A DNA stretch of 32,000 nt from Halalkalibacterium halodurans (GTDB lineage: Bacteria; Bacillota; Bacilli; Bacillales; Bacillaceae_D), in NCBI RefSeq assembly GCF_004376175.1, contig NZ_SNUY01000018.1, forward strand, positions 1 through 32,000, read 5' to 3'. This document shows positions 9,381 to 19,458 of the stretch, piece by piece. Each line of letters opens with the position of its first letter. The stretch's first letter is position 1. The notes below the pieces were generated by a model. The model saw only the letters and a program-made list of their open reading frames with translations, was not told the origin of the DNA and searched no databases. A program made the translations under genes and the position numbers.

Positions 9381-11698
9381 CGGATGGGCGCTCATTGACC
9401 AATGAAAATGAGCACCTCGAGAAAAGCTATCTCAAAGGGGAAGTCGTTCAGATCATCTTTCGGAACGAAGAGAACCAGTACACGGTTGCGCTAGTTCGTG
9501 TCCACGAGTCGTCTGATGATGTGAAAGAGAAAACGATGACCGTGGTTGGTTTGCTACCGAAGCTAGAAGTTCATGATACGTTTACCTTTTATGGTTCTTT
9601 CAAAGAGCACCCTCGTTTCGGTGAACAGTACGTTGTGGACGACTTGCGCCGCGAAGTACCGAAAACGTCACAAGGGATCATTCGTTATTTGTCGAGCGAC
9701 AGATTTCCAGGCATCGGAAAAAAGACAGCTCAGCAAATTGTAGATACACTTGGAGAACAAGCGTTGTCACGAATTGTAGAGGATGAATCGGCCCTTGATG
9801 CCGTACCAAAGCTTTCAAAAGAGAAAGCGAAACTGCTTCGAGAACAGCTTTTAGAGCAGCAAGGTTTTGAACAAGTTTTGACCGCTTTATCCGATTACGG
9901 GTTTGGGGTGGAGTTGTCGATGAAAGTATTTAATGTCTACAAGCTTCACGCCCTTGAAATCATTCGCACGAATCCATACCAACTCATCTATGATGTGGAG
10001 GGAATAGGATTCCGTCGTGCAGATCGTCTTGGAGCAGCCATTGGCATTAAAGGCAACCATCCCGACCGAATTCAAGCCGGCTGTCACTTCGTTTTACAAG
10101 AGTGGTGCTTACAAGAAGGGCACATTTTTTTGACGAAGGAAGCGCTCATTCCTAAGATTATTCAGCTTTTATCATCACCAGCTGAGTCGATTGAGGAGCA
10201 GGACGTATTAGAGCAAATGCAAATGATGGAAGAAGAAGGAGCTCTCATAGTTGAAGAGGAGCGCGTGTATATAAAATCGTTATACTTTGCAGAAAAAGGA
10301 ATTGTATCAAGCATCGTTTCGCTACTTCATCAGGAAGTACAAGAGGAGTTCCCTGCTTCAGAATTTTTGCAAAAGCTTGGAGAGTTGGAGGAAGAGCTGA
10401 AAATTGAATATGCCCCGTCTCAACGGGAGGCGATTGAAACAGCCCTTTCTTCACCGTTTATGATTTTAACCGGAGGGCCTGGGACGGGGAAAACGACGGT
10501 CATAAAAGGGATTGTGGAGCTGTATGCCCGCCTTCACGGACTTTCGCTTAATGTCGCTGATTATCCGAAAGGGACTTCCTTCCCAATATTACTCGTGGCC
10601 CCGACTGGCCGGGCAGCCAAACGGATGAGTGAAGCGACAGAGCTGCCAGCCACGACAATCCACCGTTTATTAGGATGGAAAGGTGCCAATAGTGGCTTTG
10701 ACAAAAATGAACACGATCCCCTAGAAGGTGAGCTCCTAATTGTGGATGAAGTGTCGATGATGGACGTGTGGATTGCTAACCAGCTGCTAAAATCCGTACC
10801 GAAAGGGATGCAAGTCATTTTTGTTGGCGACCAAGATCAGCTTCCTTCTGTTGGTCCAGGCCAGGTGATGAGAGATTTGCTTACCTCGGGTGTCGTTCCT
10901 ACGGTGGAGTTAACGGATATCTATAGGCAAGCGGAAGGGTCCTCAATCATTGATCTAGCGCATGCCATAAAATCAGGTTCATTACCAAATAACATTGTAG
11001 AGCCAATGAAGGACAGGCGCTTTTTTCCGTGCACACCGGAACAAGTAAAGGAAGTGATTGGGCAAATTTGTCGTGGGGCAAAAAGCAAAGGCTATACTGC
11101 TAAAGACATCCAAGTGCTCGCGCCAATGTATAAAGGAAATGCTGGAATTAATGAATTGAATGCCATGCTTCAAGAATTGTTCAATCCAGCGAGTGAGCAG
11201 CGGAGAGAGTTACGGTTCGGGGATATCGTATACCGCACAGGGGATGTTGTCTTACAGCTTGTAAACAATCCTGATGAGAATGTCTATAATGGGGACCGAG
11301 GGGAAATTGTGGCCATCTTATTTGCCAAGGAAACGGTGGAAAAACAAGACCAAGTCGTCATTTCTTTCGATGGCGTGGAAGTGATTTATTATCGTAAAGA
11401 TTTATCACAGATTACTCATGCGTATTGTACATCCATTCATAAAGCACAAGGAAGTGAATTTCCTACGGTCGTCATGCCGATCATCCGCAACTATTCACGG
11501 ATGCTAAAGCGGAACCTTTTGTACACAGGAATAACGAGAGCGAAGCAATATTTATTAATGTGCGGGGAAGTTTCAGCGATGGAACGAGCGATTCAAGAAT
11601 TAGATGAAGACGGCCGGAATTCTATGCTGAAGGAGAAGCTTCAGGCAGTACTGGGAAAAGACAACGGACATGACCTAAAGGACGATTGCTTACACTAA
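9377..11698 (+). CDS. recD2: ATP-dependent RecD-like DNA helicase RecD2 (YrrC)
   Basis: 773 aa. Walker A GGPGTGKTT, LLVAPTGRAAKRM, Walker B LLIVDEVSM, FVGDQDQLPSVGPG, and C-terminal SIHKAQGSEF and YTGITRAK motifs. Confidence 0.9.
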   Translation: MTDGRSLTNENEHLEKSYLKGEVVQIIFRNEENQYTVALVRVHESSDDVKEKTMTVVGLLPKLEVHDTFTFYGSFKEHPRFGEQYVVDDLRREVPKTSQGIIRYLSSDRFPGIGKKTAQQIVDTLGEQALSRIVEDESALDAVPKLSKEKAKLLREQLLEQQGFEQVLTALSDYGFGVELSMKVFNVYKLHALEIIRTNPYQLIYDVEGIGFRRADRLGAAIGIKGNHPDRIQAGCHFVLQEWCLQEGHIFLTKEALIPKIIQLLSSPAESIEEQDVLEQMQMMEEEGALIVEEERVYIKSLYFAEKGIVSSIVSLLHQEVQEEFPASEFLQKLGELEEELKIEYAPSQREAIETALSSPFMILTGGPGTGKTTVIKGIVELYARLHGLSLNVADYPKGTSFPILLVAPTGRAAKRMSEATELPATTIHRLLGWKGANSGFDKNEHDPLEGELLIVDEVSMMDVWIANQLLKSVPKGMQVIFVGDQDQLPSVGPGQVMRDLLTSGVVPTVELTDIYRQAEGSSIIDLAHAIKSGSLPNNIVEPMKDRRFFPCTPEQVKEVIGQICRGAKSKGYTAKDIQVLAPMYKGNAGINELNAMLQELFNPASEQRRELRFGDIVYRTGDVVLQLVNNPDENVYNGDRGEIVAILFAKETVEKQDQVVISFDGVEVIYYRKDLSQITHAYCTSIHKAQGSEFPTVVMPIIRNYSRMLKRNLLYTGITRAKQYLLMCGEVSAMERAIQELDEDGRNSMLKEKLQAVLGKDNGHDLKDDCLH

Positions 11699-11724
11699 AA
11701 AATGTTCGGGAAGGTGGCGATACT

Positions 11725-12198
11725 TTGCGAACATTTGCCTCACTTGAAGGATTACCAGTCATCGACAGGCAGACAGGCAATGAGCTCGGATCGGTGATGG
11801 ATGGGATCATCGCTCCAGATCGGATGATGGGTTTTCTCGTCAACAAAAACGGTTGGTTCCATCGCCATCAATGGCTCCCGCTTGATCATATTATTAGTCT
11901 TGGTACAGACGGAGTAATGATTGAAGCAAAAGGCCTTTCCAAAGAAATTTCGACAAATGGGGGAGCGGCTTATCCGCTCATGCATGGACAGCATAAATTG
12001 CAAGGGAAACCTCTCATTACAGAGGAGGGGGAACGGCTCGGCTTAGTGCAAGATGTATATTTTCTGGAAAAAGCGGGCAAGATCGTAGCGTATGAAGTTA
12101 CCGAAGGTCTGCTTGCTGATATAACAGAAGGGCGAAAAGTCGTGCGCAGCAATGGACCTGTAACGGTAGGCAAAGATGTTTTGATTGTGTCTATGTAG
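11725..12198 (+). CDS. yrrD: PRC-barrel domain protein (YrrD-like)
   Basis: Two PRC-barrel-like segments (L.GLPVID..TG..LG.V.D and L.GKPLITEEGERLG.VQDVYF). TTG at 11725 has RBS aaggtgg 7 nt upstream. The track start at 11686 would overlap recD2 and has no RBS. Confidence 0.65.
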   Translation: MRTFASLEGLPVIDRQTGNELGSVMDGIIAPDRMMGFLVNKNGWFHRHQWLPLDHIISLGTDGVMIEAKGLSKEISTNGGAAYPLMHGQHKLQGKPLITEEGERLGLVQDVYFLEKAGKIVAYEVTEGLLADITEGRKVVRSNGPVTVGKDVLIVSM

Positions 12199-12212
12199 AG
12201 GAGGTCCAGTCC

Positions 12213-12401
12213 ATGCAATGCCCCAACTGTCAGTCGAAAGATATTGGAAAGATCGGTACGCACCAATATTATTGCTGGAATTGTTTTGTTGAAATGACGT
12301 TAACGAAGGGAAAGCTATCCCTTCATCAGGTGGAAGAAGATGGGACGTTGAGCTCGTTGGATGATCTGTTTGAGGATCACGATTTGCAAATCGGGTCGTA
12401 G
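12213..12401 (+). CDS. Small zinc-ribbon protein (CxxC...CxxC), 62 aa
   Basis: MQCPNCQS...YYCWNCF motif pair. Strong RBS aggagg upstream. Conserved small-ORF position after yrrD. Confidence 0.55.
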   Translation: MQCPNCQSKDIGKIGTHQYYCWNCFVEMTLTKGKLSLHQVEEDGTLSSLDDLFEDHDLQIGS

Positions 12402-12448
12402 CAGATGATTGGAAAGTCGCCAAATGAAGACGTGGAGGTGACGTGCTA

Positions 12449-12625
12449 ATGCGTACAGCAGCTTGGACATCACTTGTTGCTCTTGGAGTAGGAGCAGCTG
12501 CGTATTCGATGAGCGACCGTAGAACTAAAAGACGAATTCAGCGATATATCCAACCTATTACCCAAATGAACATGGGAAGTGGTTGGAGATCGATTCGTCG
12601 CCAGATTTCAAGAACTTGGTCTTAG
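12449..12625 (+). CDS. Small basic protein with an N-terminal hydrophobic helix, 58 aa
   Basis: RBS ggaggtg lies 8 nt before the ATG at 12449. A hydrophobic N-terminus is followed by an R/K-rich tail. A strong terminator follows. Confidence 0.45.
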   Translation: MRTAAWTSLVALGVGAAAYSMSDRRTKRRIQRYIQPITQMNMGSGWRSIRRQISRTWS

Positions 12626-12636
12626 TGTTGTGTTAA

Positions 12637-12670
12637 GGACTGAGCCGTATTTTCGGTTCAGTCTTTTTTT
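12637..12670 (+). terminator. Rho-independent terminator ending the recD2-yrrD small-gene unit
   Basis: Stem ggactgagccg / cggttcagtc (one G-U pair), 6-nt loop, then ttttttt. Confidence 0.8.
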
Positions 12671-12848
12671 GCTTTAAAAGGACTGAACCTTTTATCAGGA
12701 GTGTAAGAAAGCAGCCGAAAAACTATTTAACGTTAAAAAGATACGTTTTGCAAAAATGAGATCTGACCAAGGGAATTTGCGTAAATTTAAATGATTCGAT
12801 GCACACTAACAAATAAATCGATGACGGGGTTTACGCGAGAGGTGTGGC

Positions 12849-13925
12849 ATGGAACGAGATCAACACATTCGAATCATTTACAAATTAATAATCGTTCTCC
12901 TGGTTCTTCTCATCATTTACGTTGTCGTGCAACTAGCCGATCTCTGGGTACCGTTTGTATACGTACTGAAACGGCTCTTAATCCCCCTTGGTCTCGCTGC
13001 AATCATTACCTATTTATTTCACCCGCTAATTGAAGCCATGCATCGCCGCGGAATGGGTAGAGGCTTAGCCGTATTACTCGTGTTCGGTGCAATGATTGCC
13101 TTGCTTGTTTGTTTTGCTGTCGTTGGCGCCCCATACGTACTTCAGCAAATAGAGGAGCTGACGACATCCTTTCCTACGGTCATGAAAGATGTGGAGGGAA
13201 CGGTGTCAAAAATGGAATGGCAAATTCAGCAACTCCCACATCCTTTCCACAATCAGGCGGAAAATTGGCTTAACCACCTTGGGAAAAAAGCAGGTAACCT
13301 TTTAGGACAAATGGAGCGGGTGATCGTCGTTTTGATTCAATCGATGGTGTTATTGATTACAGTCCCTTTTCTTGTTCTATATTTTCTAAAGGATTTCGAT
13401 CTGATTGAACGAGCGGCATGGTATGTGACTCCTCGAAAATGGCGTCCTAGTTTAAAACGGTATGTCCGCGACGTGGATCGCTCATTCGGTCGGTATATTC
13501 GCGGGCAATTGCTCGTGGCACTGTCTGTTGCCGTTGTTTCAATGATGGCGCTTTGGCTGATCGGGGTTCCTTATCCGATCCTTCTCGGTGGCTTTATTGG
13601 TGCGACAAATATTATTCCTTATTTTGGTGCATTTATCGGGGCTGTCCCCGCCCTCGTATTCGCGTATTTTGAGTCATGGCCTGTCCTTTTAGCAACAGCG
13701 ATTGCCCTGTTTCTCCTCCAGCAATTAGAAGGGAACGTGTTATCCCCGCTCATTGTTGGTCATTCCCTTCACCTCCATCCGATCACGATTATCTTAGCGT
13801 TGCTTGTAGGCGTTGAAGTCGGCGGGGTAATCGGCTTAATTTTAGCGGTTCCGATTCTCGCAGTTTTAAAGGTAACGTTTATTCATTTGCGTCTTCACGT
13901 TAGTAAAGTTGACAGGGAGGTGTAA
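12849..13925 (+). CDS. yrrI: AI-2E family transporter (PerM/UPF0118, YrrI-like)
   Basis: 358-aa polytopic membrane protein with the characteristic C-terminal IPY.G..IG..P and LEGN.L.P...G motifs. Confidence 0.85.
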   Translation: MERDQHIRIIYKLIIVLLVLLIIYVVVQLADLWVPFVYVLKRLLIPLGLAAIITYLFHPLIEAMHRRGMGRGLAVLLVFGAMIALLVCFAVVGAPYVLQQIEELTTSFPTVMKDVEGTVSKMEWQIQQLPHPFHNQAENWLNHLGKKAGNLLGQMERVIVVLIQSMVLLITVPFLVLYFLKDFDLIERAAWYVTPRKWRPSLKRYVRDVDRSFGRYIRGQLLVALSVAVVSMMALWLIGVPYPILLGGFIGATNIIPYFGAFIGAVPALVFAYFESWPVLLATAIALFLLQQLEGNVLSPLIVGHSLHLHPITIILALLVGVEVGGVIGLILAVPILAVLKVTFIHLRLHVSKVDREV

Positions 13926-13937
13926 CGTTTTTTATAA
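13909..13937 (+). promoter_or_regulatory. Consensus sigmaA promoter for the alaS leader
   Basis: ttgaca (13909-13914), exactly 17 nt, then tataat (13932-13937). The -35 box lies inside the last codons of the transporter gene. Confidence 0.75.
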
Positions 13938-13943
13938 TATAGG

Positions 13944-14207
13944 TGCAAAATGGAAAACAGGTAATACGTTGATGGAACGAGTACGTTGCAGACCATCCAA
14001 AAACGCCTACATAGCTAGTGCGTAATCAGAGAGGTTGTTCCTTGGCTGAAAGAACAACTGGATGAAGGGTAACGGAAGGCTACTCCGAAGTGCAGGAAAA
14101 CCCTGCCGTTTGCTGCGTTAAGGCTTAAAGTGATGGACCTATGTCCATAATTAGGGTGGTACCGCGTGACTTCAGCTCTCGTCCCTTCATAAGGGAGAGG
14201 GCTTTTT
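13944..14207 (+). promoter_or_regulatory. T-box riboswitch leader, alanine specifier (GCU)
   Basis: agagag stem I start near 14027. Specifier-loop context ggaaGGCTAc with GCT at 14088-14090. Conserved T-box sequence aattagggtggtaccgcg at 14148-14165. Terminator stem gctctcgtccctt / aagggagagggc plus ttttt at 14174-14207. Located directly upstream of alaS. Confidence 0.85.
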
Positions 14208-14255
14208 CTTATGGAACCAAAGCCCACATATAGGAGATAAAGGAGTGTACCTGAA

Positions 14256-16895
14256 ATGAAATATCTTACGTCAGCACAAGTTCGACAAATGTTTCTCGAC
14301 TTTTTTAAAGAAAAAGGACATGATGTAGAACCGAGTGCTTCTCTTGTACCCCACGACGACCCATCTTTGCTCTGGATCAATAGTGGGGTGGCCACATTAA
14401 AAAAATATTTTGACGGGCGAGTGATTCCTGAAAACCCACGCATTACAAATGCGCAAAAATCGATTCGGACGAACGACATTGAAAACGTAGGAAAAACAGC
14501 GAGACACCATACGTTCTTTGAAATGCTCGGAAACTTTTCGATCGGAGATTACTTTAAAGAAGAAGCGATCGAGTGGGCATGGGAATTTCTCACGAGCGAA
14601 AAGTGGATCGGTTTCGATAAGGAGAAATTATCGGTAACCGTCCATCCGGAAGATGACGAGGCTTACTCGTATTGGAAAGAAAAAATCGGCATTCCAGAAG
14701 AGCGGATCATTCGATTGGAAGGGAACTTCTGGGATATTGGTGAAGGCCCAAGCGGTCCTAATACTGAAATATTTTACGATCGTGGACCGGAATATGGTGA
14801 TCAGCCGAACGATCCTGAATTGTATCCAGGTGGAGAGAATGATCGTTACCTCGAAGTGTGGAATCTTGTCTTTTCACAGTTCAACCATAATCCGGATGGA
14901 AGCTACACCCCATTACCGAAAAAGAACATCGATACAGGAATGGGGCTTGAACGAATGGTATCGGTGATTCAGAATGTGCCAACGAACTTTGAAACCGATT
15001 TGTTCATGCCGATCATCCGTGCGACTGAAAAAATTTCTGGAACGGAATACGGAAGCCATCACGAAGCGGACGTCTCGTTTAAGGTCATTGCCGACCATAT
15101 TCGTACCGTAACTTTTGCCATTGGGGACGGTGCGCTCCCTTCCAACGAAGGGCGTGGGTATGTATTGCGCCGATTGCTACGCCGTGCGGTTCGTTATGCG
15201 AAGCAGATCGGGATTGATCGTCCGTTCATGTACGAGCTCGTCCCAGTTGTTGGTGACATCATGGTTGATTTCTATCCAGAAGTGAAAGAGAAAGCGGCTT
15301 TTATTCAAAAAGTGGTAAAAACAGAAGAAGAGCGATTCCATGAAACGTTAAATGAAGGGCTGTCTATCCTTGAAAAGGTGATTGATAAGGCCAAAAGCGA
15401 AGGGGCGTCGACGATTTCAGGATCTGACGTATTCCGTTTATACGATACGTACGGCTTCCCGGTTGACTTAACGGAAGAGTATGTAGAAGAGCAAGGTCTA
15501 CAAGTGGATCTTGATGGATTTGAAGCGGAGATGGAACGTCAGCGGGAGCGGGCCCGTACCGCAAGACAGCAAGCGGGCTCCATGCAAGTTCAGGACGAGG
15601 TGCTTGGCCAAATTACGGTAGATAGTACGTTTATTGGTTATAAGCAGCTGTCAACCGAGACGACGATTGAAACGATCGTTCTTGATAAAACAGTGGCAGA
15701 CTACGTTGGAGCCGGTCAAGAGGCGAAAGTGATCTTGAAGGAAACGCCTTTCTATGCAGAAAGCGGTGGACAAGTAGCAGACAAGGGGATCATTCGTGGA
15801 GCGAATGGCTTTGCAGTTGTAAGTGATGTACAAAAAGCACCAAATGGGCAACACTTGCATACAGTTATCGTAAAGGAAGGGACTTTACAAGTAAACGATC
15901 AAGTGCAAGCTATCGTAGAAGAAACGGAACGTAGCGGGATTGTGAAAAACCATACCGCCACGCACTTGCTCCACCGAGCGTTAAAGGATGTTCTTGGTGA
16001 GCACGTAAACCAAGCAGGTTCCCTCGTATCAGAGGAACGGCTCCGTTTTGACTTCTCCCACTTTGGACAAGTAACAGACGAAGAAAAAGAGAAAATCGAG
16101 CGGATCGTAAACGAGAAAATTTGGCAAGCCATCAAAGTGAACATTTCGACAAAGACCCTTGACGAAGCGAAAGCGATTGGCGCGATGGCCTTGTTCGGCG
16201 AAAAATACGGTGACATTGTACGCGTGGTTGAAGTGGGTGACTATAGCATAGAGCTTTGCGGAGGCTGCCACGTTACAAACACGTCAGAGATCGGTTTATT
16301 TAAAATCGTCTCTGAATCAGGGATCGGGGCAGGTGTTCGTCGGATCGAGGCGGTGACAGGAAAAGAAGCCTTTTTGTTTATGGCAAAACAGCTTGATTTA
16401 TTAAAAGAAACAGCCGCAACCGTGAAAGCGAAAAACGTAAAAGATGTCCCTGTCCGTGTAGAAGCATTGCAACAACAAATTCGAGAATTACAACGGGAAA
16501 ATGAATCACTCAACGCAAAATTGGGTAACATGGAAGCTGGAAGCCTTGTAAACGAAGTCCAGGAAATCGAAGGGGTCCCTGTATTAGCAAAAGCGATTAG
16601 AGGTGCGGACATGGATGGCTTGCGGTCGATCGTTGACAAATTAAAGCAAGAGATACCGTCTGTGGTGATCGTTCTGGGAACAGCAAGTGAAGGGAAAGTA
16701 AATATTGTGGCAGGGGTCACAAAGGACTTGATCAACAAAGGCTATCATGCAGGGAAGCTCGTAAAAGAAGTGGCGACTCGCTGCGGTGGCGGCGGTGGTG
16801 GAAGGCCAGATATGGCGCAAGCAGGAGGGAAGCAACCAGAAAAGTTACAAGATGCCCTCAGCTTTGTTTATGAATATGTGAAATCAATTTCCTAA
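14256..16895 (+). CDS. alaS: Alanine--tRNA ligase
   Basis: 879 aa. FFKEKGH, NAGM-equivalent region, [12 protein letters not shown], the editing-domain motif HTATHLLH...CGGCH and the C-terminal DHHA1 [12 protein letters not shown] motif. Confidence 0.97.
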   Translation: MKYLTSAQVRQMFLDFFKEKGHDVEPSASLVPHDDPSLLWINSGVATLKKYFDGRVIPENPRITNAQKSIRTNDIENVGKTARHHTFFEMLGNFSIGDYFKEEAIEWAWEFLTSEKWIGFDKEKLSVTVHPEDDEAYSYWKEKIGIPEERIIRLEGNFWDIGEGPSGPNTEIFYDRGPEYGDQPNDPELYPGGENDRYLEVWNLVFSQFNHNPDGSYTPLPKKNIDTGMGLERMVSVIQNVPTNFETDLFMPIIRATEKISGTEYGSHHEADVSFKVIADHIRTVTFAIGDGALPSNEGRGYVLRRLLRRAVRYAKQIGIDRPFMYELVPVVGDIMVDFYPEVKEKAAFIQKVVKTEEERFHETLNEGLSILEKVIDKAKSEGASTISGSDVFRLYDTYGFPVDLTEEYVEEQGLQVDLDGFEAEMERQRERARTARQQAGSMQVQDEVLGQITVDSTFIGYKQLSTETTIETIVLDKTVADYVGAGQEAKVILKETPFYAESGGQVADKGIIRGANGFAVVSDVQKAPNGQHLHTVIVKEGTLQVNDQVQAIVEETERSGIVKNHTATHLLHRALKDVLGEHVNQAGSLVSEERLRFDFSHFGQVTDEEKEKIERIVNEKIWQAIKVNISTKTLDEAKAIGAMALFGEKYGDIVRVVEVGDYSIELCGGCHVTNTSEIGLFKIVSESGIGAGVRRIEAVTGKEAFLFMAKQLDLLKETAATVKAKNVKDVPVRVEALQQQIRELQRENESLNAKLGNMEAGSLVNEVQEIEGVPVLAKAIRGADMDGLRSIVDKLKQEIPSVVIVLGTASEGKVNIVAGVTKDLINKGYHAGKLVKEVATRCGGGGGGRPDMAQAGGKQPEKLQDALSFVYEYVKSIS

Positions 16896-16975
16896 ATGAA
16901 TCAATTTATTGTACAATAAAGGAAACGAGGAAGTACGACCTAACGCAGTCGGTTGGTCAGAAAGAGGTGTTTGTG

Positions 16976-17248
16976 ATGAGCTCTATGGACAACACGATGA
17001 AGTTTAATGTGAACGAAGAACCGGTCAGTGTCGACGTCCAAGAGGTTTTAATGTCAGTCTATGAGGCTCTTGAAGAAAAGGGGTACAATCCAATTAATCA
17101 GATTGTCGGCTACCTGCTTTCGGGAGATCCAGCTTACATCCCGCGCCATAAAGACGCGCGGACGCTCATTCGCAAGCTTGAGCGTGATGAATTAATTGAA
17201 GAGCTTGTCAAATCCTATTTATCACAGCACCGCAAGAGCTTAGAATGA
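16976..17248 (+). CDS. yrzL: IreB-family regulatory phosphoprotein (UPF0297, YrzL)
   Basis: TMKFNV......[35 protein letters not shown] motif. RBS aaagagg lies 8 nt before the ATG at 16976. Confidence 0.85.
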   Translation: MSSMDNTMKFNVNEEPVSVDVQEVLMSVYEALEEKGYNPINQIVGYLLSGDPAYIPRHKDARTLIRKLERDELIEELVKSYLSQHRKSLE

Positions 17249-17667
17249 GAACGTTAGGACTGGATGTTGGGACGAAGACAATCGGAATTGCTGTTAGCGA
17301 TGCCCTCGGGTGGACGGCTCAAGGCTTGGAAACATGGAGACGATCTGACGCAAATGAACAGGCAGATTTTGAACATATTGCTTCTTTGGTAAAGGAGTAC
17401 GAAGTAACAACGATTGTCATCGGATTGCCGAAAAACATGGATGGCTCCATTGGTCCAAGCGGTGAACGAAACGAGACGTTTGCCGCTGAGCTTAGACGCT
17501 ATGTACCATGTGAGATTGTTATGTGGGATGAGCGACTTACGACCACGGCAGCTGAAAGGATGCTCATTTCCGCTGATGTGAGCCGGAAAAAGCGTAAAAG
17601 CGTCATTGATAAAATGGCAGCCGTAATGATTCTTCAAGGATACTTAGACCGACAACAATTAAAATGA
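17245..17667 (+). CDS. ruvX: Putative pre-16S rRNA nuclease / Holliday-junction-resolvase-like RuvX (YrrK)
   Basis: [17 protein letters not shown]-terminus and WDERLTT motif. 4-nt overlap with yrzL. Confidence 0.9.
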   Translation: MRTLGLDVGTKTIGIAVSDALGWTAQGLETWRRSDANEQADFEHIASLVKEYEVTTIVIGLPKNMDGSIGPSGERNETFAAELRRYVPCEIVMWDERLTTTAAERMLISADVSRKKRKSVIDKMAAVMILQGYLDRQQLK

Positions 17668-17680
17668 AAAGAGGTGCCGT

Positions 17681-17962
17681 ATGGCTCAAGAAGAAAAAGA
17701 ACGGATTGTTATCCCTGATGAAAATGGGGATGAACATCTATTTGATGAACTATTCAAATTTACAGTAGACGAAACAGGAAAATCCTATATCCTTCTTACA
17801 CCAGTTGGTGAAGAGGAGGGAGAAGAGGAAGAAGCAGAAGTCTTTGCCTTCCGTTTTGAGGATCGTGAAGGAGAAGAGAACGACATCGCCTTGTTTCCAA
17901 TCGAAACGGATGAAGAATGGGACATGGTGGAAGAAATGCTCAACACGTTTAGCGAAGAGTAA
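17681..17962 (+). CDS. yrzB: DUF1292/UPF0473 acidic protein (YrzB)
   Basis: I.IPDENGDEHLF..LF.F.V.ETG.SYILLTP motif, a very acidic C-terminal half, RBS aagaggtg. Confidence 0.8.
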   Translation: MAQEEKERIVIPDENGDEHLFDELFKFTVDETGKSYILLTPVGEEEGEEEEAEVFAFRFEDREGEENDIALFPIETDEEWDMVEEMLNTFSEE

Positions 17963-17973
17963 TATTGATCGAA

Positions 17974-17998
17974 AGCAGGCCTTCATGGTCTGCTTTTT
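17974..17998 (+). terminator. Rho-independent terminator after yrzB
   Basis: Stem aaagcaggcc / ggtctgcttt, 5-nt loop, T-run. Confidence 0.7.
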
Positions 17999-18136
17999 CC
18001 ATTTGTACTGTTCATTCTCGAAAACCTAGAGCAATATTTAATCATGAAGTTTTTCTTAAATTTGGACATTCCTCGGAAAAGCTTGTCAAAAAAGGAGGGA
18101 AGTATAGTATAATGGATCGGTGGAAGGAGGAGAACC

Positions 18137-19285
18137 ATGTCTGATTCCAACGAAAAGGCTCGAAATTCTGTTTTCGAAGAGCGGCTCGCTCAAGCGAAAA
18201 TGGCTCGAAAGATCGTGTTATTTTCTGTTCTAGGATTGGTGCTTATATTATTAATTGTGATAGGTAGTGGGTACCTATATGTGAAAAATGCGTTAAGTCC
18301 TATGGATCAAGAAAATAATGAAGAAATTGAAGTTACGATTCCTATCGGATCAACAACCACTCAAATTGGGTCAATTCTTGAAGATTCAGGACTCATTCGA
18401 AATTCGACATTTTTCCGCTATTATGTAAGGTATAAAAATGAATCTGGATTTCAAGCAGGGGAATATGTTCTGTCGCCGTCGATGACGATGGATGAAATAA
18501 TCTATGAATTGAAGGATGGACGTATGCTTGAAGATCCTGCGCTCGTTTTTACAATTCCAGAAGGATTATGGTTAGAACAAGTCGTTAAGCTGATTGCGGA
18601 GCATACAGATCATGAAGTGGATGATATTATGGAAACGATCAATGATCGTGACTATTTAAACCAACTGATTGATCAATATACGATTTTAACAGATGACATT
18701 CTCGATGAAAGGGTTCGTCATCCGCTGGAAGGGTATCTTTTCCCAGCACGATACGATTTTATAGAGGAAAAGCCTGAGATAGAGACGATTATTGAAGGGA
18801 TGATTTCACGAATGGAAAATGTACTCATGAAACATTCCGACATGCTAGAGGATAGTGAATATTCGGTGCATGAGATTTTAACTTTGGCCTCGATCATTGA
18901 GCGTGAAGCGCAAAAATCAGAGGATCGATACCTTATTTCAGGCGTCCTATATAATCGACTTGAGGAAGACATGATGTTACAAGTAGACCCAACGGTAGCG
19001 TATGCTTTAGGTGAACATCGCTACATGACTTCACATGCAGATCTTGAGGTCGATTCCCCTTACAACACATATCGATATAAAGGTATTCCTGTTGGACCAA
19101 TTGGGAATCCTGGGGAAGACTCGATCGTAGCAGCTCTAGATCCAGAGGACACAAATTATTTATTCTTCTATGCTCGTTATAATGGCGAGGTCATTTACAA
19201 TGAAACCTATGAGGCTCATAATGAAACTCATCAAAAATACCGCCATGAATGGGTTGAAGCACAGGAAGAGCAAGAGGAATCGTAA
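18137..19285 (+). CDS. mltG: Endolytic murein transglycosylase MltG (YceG-like, YrrL)
   Basis: N-terminal TM helix, LysM-like segment, and YceG motifs ASIIEREA, YN.Y...GIPVGPIGNPG. RBS ggaaggagg. Confidence 0.9.
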   Translation: MSDSNEKARNSVFEERLAQAKMARKIVLFSVLGLVLILLIVIGSGYLYVKNALSPMDQENNEEIEVTIPIGSTTTQIGSILEDSGLIRNSTFFRYYVRYKNESGFQAGEYVLSPSMTMDEIIYELKDGRMLEDPALVFTIPEGLWLEQVVKLIAEHTDHEVDDIMETINDRDYLNQLIDQYTILTDDILDERVRHPLEGYLFPARYDFIEEKPEIETIIEGMISRMENVLMKHSDMLEDSEYSVHEILTLASIIEREAQKSEDRYLISGVLYNRLEEDMMLQVDPTVAYALGEHRYMTSHADLEVDSPYNTYRYKGIPVGPIGNPGEDSIVAALDPEDTNYLFFYARYNGEVIYNETYEAHNETHQKYRHEWVEAQEEQEES

Positions 19286-19330
19286 TGGTGCAGGCATGAG
19301 ACTTGGAACATGAGGGAAATACTTGACTTG

Positions 19331-19358
19331 AAAACTCGCCAACTGGCGAGTTTTCTTT
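19331..19358 (+). terminator. Rho-independent terminator after mltG
   Basis: Perfect stem aaaactcgcc / ggcgagtttt, 4-nt loop, then c-ttt. Confidence 0.75.
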
Positions 19359-19458
19359 GCAGGGATCGTCTAAAAGGACACACGACATGAAGATGAAAAC
19401 ATCCAATACAGCCATCCTGTCACTTGGGGTGTTGGCAAGTACAAGGGAGTGGAACATA

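Noticed and set aside
14015-14479. 154-aa - strand ORF from the track
   Set aside because: It is antisense to the alaS T-box leader and to the first 75 codons of alaS. It has no RBS, and the region is fully explained by the leader and alaS.
16241-16738. 165-aa - strand ORF inside alaS, and similar antisense or out-of-frame ORFs inside recD2, rarA, mnmA, yrrO and other genes
   Set aside because: All lie inside well-supported conserved genes, lack RBSs and have skewed composition. I treat them as shadow ORFs.
19357-19458. 34-codon N-terminal extension of the yrrM/trmR ORF in the track
   Set aside because: The extension starts inside the mltG terminator and has no RBS. The ATG at 19459 has a strong SD and yields a normal-length methyltransferase.
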